A stretch of DNA of 12,833 nt. It comes from Armatimonadota bacterium (GTDB lineage: Bacteria > Armatimonadota > Hebobacteria > CAIYQO01). This document shows, piece after piece, positions 7,841-12,833 of the stretch. Position numbers and translations under genes: made by a program. The first letter of the stretch is position 1. Every line of letters begins with the position of its first letter. Below the pieces are notes generated by a model. The model saw nothing but the letters and a program-made list of their open reading frames with translations, had not been told where the DNA came from and ran no database searches. Location: assembly GCA_038248345.1 (NCBI GenBank), contig JBBRXO010000080.1:1-12833 (forward strand), given 5' to 3'.

Positions 7841-7854
7841 TCAGAAAGGACATT

Positions 7855-8121
7855 ATGATAGAACAAATAACAACATATCAGGAAACAACGGAGTTAACCA
7901 GGCTGGCGGAGCTGGCGAATGAAGAAAGTGCGGTTATTACCCGAATTATGAGCCACGACGTGGCCACTATCCAGAAGTTGATGGCGCTGGGGGTAATCCC
8001 CGGCATGGCGGTCACCATGTTGCAGCGCTTCCCCAGCTTCCTCTTCCAGGTGGGGCACACGCAGATAGCGGTTGACCACAGCATTGCAGCGACAGTGGAA
8101 GTTAGTCGGACGAAGGATTGA
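7855..8121 (+). CDS. feoA: Ferrous iron transport protein A (SH3-like), 88 aa
   Basis: True start is ATG 7855 after GAAAGGA, not the track's 7606. The sequence LAEL...AVITRI...KLMALGVIPGMAVTMLQRFP...VGHTQIAVDHSIAATVEV matches the FeoA pattern. Confidence 0.92.
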   Translation: MIEQITTYQETTELTRLAELANEESAVITRIMSHDVATIQKLMALGVIPGMAVTMLQRFPSFLFQVGHTQIAVDHSIAATVEVSRTKD

Positions 8122-8167
8122 CGTCAGATATAAACGTTAAGTAAGATAGTGTGCACGCGGGGGGAAT

Positions 8168-8836
8168 ATGGCCAACATGGAACCGTCAACTGAAATAACT
8201 ACGCAGGCTGAGGAGTATCTGGAGGCAGTGAGTCGCATCAGCGACCGTGGCACCCAGGTGACGCCTACCGAGTTGTCGCGCGAACTTAAGGTGACGCCGA
8301 CCTCCGTACTGGGCATGTTGCATCGCATGGAGGAGCAGGGGCTTTCGACATATTCGAGGCAAACCGGAGTTATTTTGACGGAGCACGGCAGAGCCTGTGC
8401 CGAGACTATCCGCCGCCGTCATCGGCTGGCGGAGCGATTGCTGACAGATATCCTCAACGTACCCTGGGAGCGTGTACACGATATCGCCTGCCGTTTTGAG
8501 CACGTCATTGATGATGAGCTGGAGCCATATCTGGTACGCGTGCTGCGTAATCCCACTACCTGCCCGCACGGCAATTCACTCCTCATCGAGGGGGAGACGA
8601 CGCTGGCATTGCTGCACCCGCTTAATACGCTGGAGGCGGGCCAGACAGCCGCTGTCGTGCGGATTGTGGATGAATCTACCCCGTTACTCACCTACCTGGG
8701 CGAGTTGGGTATCTGTCCCGGGGTAACCGTAAAGGTGATCAATATCGCGCCTTTCGCTGGCCCGCTGATGATCGAGATCGGTGAAGCGCAACACGCGCTG
8801 GCGCGCGAAGTGGCGGAGCATGTGCTGGTGCGGTGA
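8168..8836 (+). CDS. DtxR/IdeR/MntR-family metal-dependent transcriptional repressor with C-terminal FeoA/SH3 domain
   Basis: EEYLEAV, winged HTH (ELSRELKVTPTSVLGMLHRM), RRHRLAERLL, CRFEHV, PTTCPHGN and a C-terminal FeoA-like domain. Confidence 0.94.
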   Translation: MANMEPSTEITTQAEEYLEAVSRISDRGTQVTPTELSRELKVTPTSVLGMLHRMEEQGLSTYSRQTGVILTEHGRACAETIRRRHRLAERLLTDILNVPWERVHDIACRFEHVIDDELEPYLVRVLRNPTTCPHGNSLLIEGETTLALLHPLNTLEAGQTAAVVRIVDESTPLLTYLGELGICPGVTVKVINIAPFAGPLMIEIGEAQHALAREVAEHVLVR

Positions 8837-8867
8837 CAATTGCCGTGGTGTCAGCAGCACTGACAGC

Positions 8868-10406
8868 TTATCCTCCCCGTTCCAGCTCCCCCATCGCGGC
8901 TGGTAGCTCTTCGATGATATCCGAGGCGGTGATGCCGTGCTGGCCGACGCGGGCTGTCAGCATATTGGCGGCCATGCTGCCGATATACAACGCCAGGCTG
9001 GCGGCTGCTGCTGGAGGTGTCCCTTGCGCCAATAATGCAGTGATGCTGCCGGCGAGCACGTCACCGCTGCCGGCAGTGGCCAGCGCGGGTGACCCATGCG
9101 GGTTGACGCGCACCGTGCCGTCCGGGGTGACTACGAGTGCCGGGGTGCCTTTGTAGACCACGATGGCGTTAAATTTAATAGCGGCCGCTTTCGCGGTAGC
9201 GATCCTGTCTGCCTGCGCCTCGGTCACCGTGATGCCGAGGAGGCGCGCCATCTCTCCCGGGTGTGGGGTGATAATCGTCGGCGCGGTGCGACACGACAGG
9301 CAGGTGTGATCCTCGGCGACAGCGGAGAGGGCGTCGGCATCCACTACCAGCGGGCCGGGCCACTTTGATACCAGTTGGCGGACGGCGATGGCAGTAGCGC
9401 GGTTTCGCGAGAGTCCAGGGCCGATGAGCGCAGCGTCCACCTCGCTGGCTTCTGCCAATAATTGCGCCACCGCGGTGAAGCTGAGCGTACCACTGGCGGT
9501 GGCGGGCATGGGGCGGAAGACTACCTCGGTTAGTTGTGCGTTGAGCGCGGGCACCAGTTGCTCCGGGAGCGCCAGCCGCACTAAACCCGCCCCGCTGCGG
9601 TAACCGCTGCGGCAGGCCAGCGCCGCCGCCCCTGTCATGCCGGGCGATCCGGCGACCACCAGCATCCAGCCTACCGAGCGTTTATGCGCGGCTTCAGGGC
9701 GCACCGGGAGCCAGGAGCGGGCTTCCGCACTTTCCGTTAACTCCGCTTCATAAGGCCATTCGGCTATCAATTCAATGGGGAAACCAATGGCAGCGACATG
9801 CCAGCTGCCGACATACTCAGAACCGGGATAATTCAAAAGGCCCAGTTTGGGCGTTGCCAATGTCACCGTGCATTCGGCGCGAATGGCCGTATTATGCACT
9901 GCCCCCGAATCAGCATCGATACCCGATGGAATATCTACTGCCAGTACTTTACGCCCGCCGCGCACAAAATTTACTTGGTCGATCAACTCGGCCAGTACCC
10001 CGTCGACCGGGCCGTAAATTCCCGTGCCCAGCAGCGCGTCGATAACTACGTCGGCCTCTGCTAATTCCTCATCCGTCGTTGACATTCTTATCGGTACATT
10101 CACGGTTATCGCACGTGAGAGCATAATAAGCGCATCAGAGGAGAGATCACCCGGCGGAAAGGGGAGAACCACCAGCACCAGCCAACCGCGTTCCTGCAGA
10201 ATACGAGCCGCCACCAGGCCGTCGCCGCCGTTATTACCTTTGCCGCAGAGCACCAGGGTCATACTCGACATTCCATCGTACATTGAGGTGGCAACATTGG
10301 CTACCGCCTGTCCGGCGCGCTCCATCAGCATGACCCCCGGAATCTTAAGGTCATCAATGCAGTACCTGTCTAATGCACGCATCTGCTTAGCTGAGAGTAT
10401 TTTCAT
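8868..10406 (-). CDS. nnr: Bifunctional NAD(P)H-hydrate epimerase/dehydratase (YjeF_N plus YjeF_C)
   Basis: LMERAG, GKGNNGGDG, DALLGTG, VDIPSG, GPGL, VVDADAL, TPHPGEMARL and ATAGSGDVLAG. Start is probably ATG 10406 (MKILSAKQMRALD) with GGGTGA upstream; 10421 is the alternative. Confidence 0.95.
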   Translation of the reverse strand: MKILSAKQMRALDRYCIDDLKIPGVMLMERAGQAVANVATSMYDGMSSMTLVLCGKGNNGGDGLVAARILQERGWLVLVVLPFPPGDLSSDALIMLSRAITVNVPIRMSTTDEELAEADVVIDALLGTGIYGPVDGVLAELIDQVNFVRGGRKVLAVDIPSGIDADSGAVHNTAIRAECTVTLATPKLGLLNYPGSEYVGSWHVAAIGFPIELIAEWPYEAELTESAEARSWLPVRPEAAHKRSVGWMLVVAGSPGMTGAAALACRSGYRSGAGLVRLALPEQLVPALNAQLTEVVFRPMPATASGTLSFTAVAQLLAEASEVDAALIGPGLSRNRATAIAVRQLVSKWPGPLVVDADALSAVAEDHTCLSCRTAPTIITPHPGEMARLLGITVTEAQADRIATAKAAAIKFNAIVVYKGTPALVVTPDGTVRVNPHGSPALATAGSGDVLAGSITALLAQGTPPAAAASLALYIGSMAANMLTARVGQHGITASDIIEELPAAMGELERGG

Positions 10407-10547
10407 TAATTTTTCACCCATCTTATTTTACCCGTAATTGGGCAAAGAGCATAGAGAGAAAGTAGTACATTAGCAAACCATAGCCTGTCTACGTATTTAT
10501 AGTACTATTGGCAGGAGATTACACCCACATGTAGAAAGTAACAATTA

Positions 10548-10714
10548 TGGTAATTGCATAACCTCTTTCTGGCTGGGATTGAAAATCCCGGCTGCAGGGC
10601 ATTAAAATGCCAGTCGTCCGCCTACGCGGACTACCTTCGGGCGGACGACCGGCACGAAGTGCCCTGCAGCCGTGACTTTAGTCCCGACATAATAATTTGG
10701 TTTTGCAATTACCA
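10548..10714. mobile_element. Non-autonomous MITE/REPIN-like nested palindromic element (~167 bp) with 16-bp terminal inverted repeats
   Basis: TGGTAATTGCATAACC (10548-10563) pairs with GGTTTTGCAATTACCA (10699-10714) at 15/16. CGGCTGCAGGGCA (10589-10601) pairs with TGCCCTGCAGCCG (10660-10672). TGCCAGTCGTCCGCC (10608-10622) pairs with GGCGGACGACCGGCA (10640-10654) at 14/15. No clear target-site duplication. Confidence 0.6.
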
Positions 10715-10746
10715 CCAAATATCATTTCTATTGAGGAGAAACTATC

Positions 10747-11292
10747 ATGATTTCGGCTGATGAATTTGCCCGCGCGCAACAATACACGGCGGAGACGCTG
10801 GCGGCAGCGGGTATAGTGATAACCCCGGCGGAGCGCGCCCGGATTGAGGTCGCGGATTTCGGGCTGAATGATCTGCAGCATATCGGGTTGGAGATTGTGG
10901 AGTACGTTAATACCGACCAGTGTTGCGCCAAGGAACTGGTGCTCTACCCTGGGCAGATCTGCCCACAGCACCGCCACCCAATGGTAGACGGCCAACCGGG
11001 CAAAGAAGAGACTTTCCGGTGCCGCGCCGGCCAGGTGTACCTGTATCTCCCCGGCGAGTATACGCCGAATCCACAGGGTAATGTGCCCGCAACACGCGCG
11101 CACGCCTTCACAGTGTGGAACGAGGTGATCCTCAACCCCGGCGAGCAATATACCCTGCTACCTGACACCTGGCACTGGTTCCAGGCGGGCACCGAGGGCG
11201 CTATCGTTTCCGAATTCTCTACTAAAAGCCGTGACGGAGCGGATATCTTCTATGACCTGGATATCCAGCGTCTCCCGGAAGTGGCGGAGTAG
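10747..11292 (+). CDS. D-lyxose/D-mannose family sugar isomerase (cupin, YdaE-like)
   Basis: CAKELVLYPGQICPQHRHP, GKEETFRCR, YTLLPDTWHWFQAG and IVSEFSTKSRD are characteristic of D-lyxose isomerases. GAGGAG RBS. Confidence 0.92.
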   Translation: MISADEFARAQQYTAETLAAAGIVITPAERARIEVADFGLNDLQHIGLEIVEYVNTDQCCAKELVLYPGQICPQHRHPMVDGQPGKEETFRCRAGQVYLYLPGEYTPNPQGNVPATRAHAFTVWNEVILNPGEQYTLLPDTWHWFQAGTEGAIVSEFSTKSRDGADIFYDLDIQRLPEVAE

Positions 11293-11330
11293 CTTAAACC
11301 GATAATCTGTAATTGTTCTGAATGTGTCAA

Positions 11331-11440
11331 CCCGGTATAAATACCGGGGCTATCGTAATACGCACTATGAATGGGGCGTAGCGAGGAAACAAGCCCCATT
11401 CATGGGGCGCATAACGATAGCCCCGTCCTTCAGGGCGAGG
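11331..11440. repeat. REPIN-like / IS200-IS605-end-like nested palindromic element (~110 bp)
   Basis: Terminal small hairpins CCGGTAtaaaTACCGG and CCCCGTCCttcaGGGCGAGG. CGGGGCTATCGT (11345-11356) pairs with ACGATAGCCCCG (11414-11425). ATGAATGGGGC (11367-11377) pairs with GCCCCATTCAT (11393-11403). Confidence 0.65.
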
Positions 11441-11517
11441 AATGAGGCTGGCGAGCTTGACCAATCTAAATCAGCCTTGGAATTCGGAACTTGGAACTTT
11501 TTTTTATAGGAGAAATT

Positions 11518-12833
11518 ATGATCACAACGACACTACATCTGCATTCCCACGCCACCATCGGCGCGGTTGATCCGCGTATCTTCGGTGGCTTCCTGGAACA
11601 TATGGGCCGCGCCGTGTATGAGGGCGTCTACCAGCCGGATAGCAGCCACGCGGATGCGGAGGGCTGCCGGGCAGATGTGCTGGGGGCGTTGAAGCAACTT
11701 GATATGACCACCATGCGCTACCCCGGGGGGAACTTCGCCTCCGGCTACCACTGGCTGGATGGCGTCGGCGCGAAAGCTAGCCGCCCGACGGTGCGCGAGC
11801 TGGCCTGGCAGAGCATTGAGACCAACCAGTTCGGCACGGATGAATATATCAGCCTGTGCCGGAAGATGAGGTGGACGCCCATGCTCTCGGTCAATCTCGG
11901 TACCGGTACGCCGGAGGAAGCGCGCAACTGGGTGGAATACTGCAATTGCCCGGCTGGCACCCGCTACGCAGACATGCGCGCTATCAACGGTAACGCCATG
12001 CCATATGAGGTGAAGCTCTGGTGCCTGGGCAATGAGATGGACGGCGAATGGCAACTGGGCCACGTGCCGGCGGATCAATATGCTATCCGCGCACAGCAGG
12101 CAGGGAAAATGATGCGCGATACCGATAAATCAGTTGAGCTGGTGGTGTGCGGCAGCAGCACTATCGGAATTTCCACCTACATGGAATGGGATCGCCAGGT
12201 GCTGGATCATATGGGGGAGCTGGCTGATTACGTCAGCTTGCACCGGTATGTGGGCAACGACGCCGCCGATACTCTGGATTATCTGGCTGTCACTAACTCT
12301 ATTGACCAGCAGATCGAAGAGATGGACGCCGTTTGCCGATATGTGCAGGCTAAACGGAAAAGCGCCAAGCGCGCTTACCTCTGTTTTGACGAGTGGAACG
12401 TCTGGTATAAAAATATGGAGATGGATGGCGCGGGGAAAGTGGCGCCGCATCTCATCGAAGAAGTGTACAACCTGGAGGACGCTCTGGTAGTAGCCGGATT
12501 CCTGCATAGCTTCATCCGCCACGCGGACAGCGTGAAGATCGCCAACATCGCGCAGATCGTCAACATCATCGCTCCCATCCTCACCCGCGGAGACGAAATG
12601 CTGCGCCAGAGCATCTACTACGCCTTCCAGATGTTCAGCTCACGCCGCACCGGCATCTCGCTGCAGGCAATGCTCGATGGCCCGGGATATGAAGGGAAGA
12701 CCAACGGCCAGGTACACTATGCCGATGCCAGCGCCATCCTGGATGGCAACAAGCTGCAGGTCTTCATTACCAACCGCCACCCAAGCGAAGCGATGGAATT
12801 GATTATCAAACCTGCCGACCTCGAACTAGTAAG
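11518..12833 (+). CDS. abfA: Alpha-L-arabinofuranosidase, glycoside hydrolase family 51 (3'-truncated by the window edge)
   Basis: Not in the ORF track; translated manually from ATG 11518 (AGGAG RBS): DPRIFGGFLEHMGRAVYEG, RYPGGNFASGYHW, ETNQFGTDE, VNLGTG, WCLGNEMDGEWQLG (acid/base Glu), FDEWNVWY (nucleophile Glu), YNLEDALVVA, ANIAQIVN. No signal peptide and no stop before the window end. Confidence 0.96.
   Translation, partial: MITTTLHLHSHATIGAVDPRIFGGFLEHMGRAVYEGVYQPDSSHADAEGCRADVLGALKQLDMTTMRYPGGNFASGYHWLDGVGAKASRPTVRELAWQSIETNQFGTDEYISLCRKMRWTPMLSVNLGTGTPEEARNWVEYCNCPAGTRYADMRAINGNAMPYEVKLWCLGNEMDGEWQLGHVPADQYAIRAQQAGKMMRDTDKSVELVVCGSSTIGISTYMEWDRQVLDHMGELADYVSLHRYVGNDAADTLDYLAVTNSIDQQIEEMDAVCRYVQAKRKSAKRAYLCFDEWNVWYKNMEMDGAGKVAPHLIEEVYNLEDALVVAGFLHSFIRHADSVKIANIAQIVNIIAPILTRGDEMLRQSIYYAFQMFSSRRTGISLQAMLDGPGYEGKTNGQVHYADASAILDGNKLQVFITNRHPSEAMELIIKPADLELV

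Noticed and set aside
7606..7854. 171-aa version of FeoA with a long N-terminal extension
   Set aside because: It overlaps feoB by about 235 nt, and a good RBS and ATG exist at 7855.
8849..8865. TGTCAG-cagca-CTGACA hairpin between the convergent dtxR-family gene and nnr
   Set aside because: Only a 6-bp stem without a U-tract, too weak to call a terminator.
5824..10437. Numerous antisense or alternate-frame ORFs over feoB, feoA, the regulator and nnr
   Set aside because: Expected by-products of GC-rich coding sequence. None has recognisable motifs, and each overlaps a confidently identified gene.
10554..10760. 68-aa ORF upstream of the isomerase
   Set aside because: It lies across the palindromic element, has no RBS or recognisable motifs, and overlaps the isomerase start.
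10548..11500. CRISPR array or tRNA/rRNA interpretation of the hairpins
   Set aside because: There are no regularly spaced direct repeats with unique spacers, no cas genes, and no cloverleaf or T-loop motifs.
11324..11509. 61-aa ORF as a possible leader peptide
   Set aside because: It coincides with the hairpin repeat, has a GTG start without an RBS, and shows no protein-like features.
11533..12614. Track ORFs 11533-12078(-), 11745-11960(-), 12130-12522(-), 12134-12490(+) and 12375-12614(-)
   Set aside because: They are shadows of the GH51 gene in another frame, which has full catalytic motifs and was omitted from the track only because it lacks a stop in the window.

Overview
Bacterial genomic DNA from a diderm organism, since it encodes an outer-membrane beta-barrel. 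Armatimonadota or a similar lineage is a guess only. The left part (1-4720) is an accessory, progressively AT-rich block. It holds the 3' part of a large repetitive secreted/surface protein whose C-terminal ~280 aa align by eye with the Phytophthora GP42 transglutaminase-elicitor (papain-like Cys) family, an abutting low-GC membrane-anchored/lipoprotein gene (candidate effector-immunity pair), a secreted-protein gene apparently broken by an in-frame stop, and an orphan AbrB/MazE antitoxin. The middle (4764-8836) is a metal-uptake locus: an uncharacterised beta-barrel gene divergent from feoB-feoA-dtxR, with a near-consensus sigma70 promoter carrying a DtxR/MntR-type palindrome in its spacer. 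The right part has nnr (NAD(P)HX repair), a D-lyxose isomerase and a GH51 alpha-L-arabinofuranosidase that runs off the window and is missing from the ORF track. Two long REPIN/MITE-like nested hairpins flank the isomerase gene. All assignments come from manual motif reading and no searches were run.
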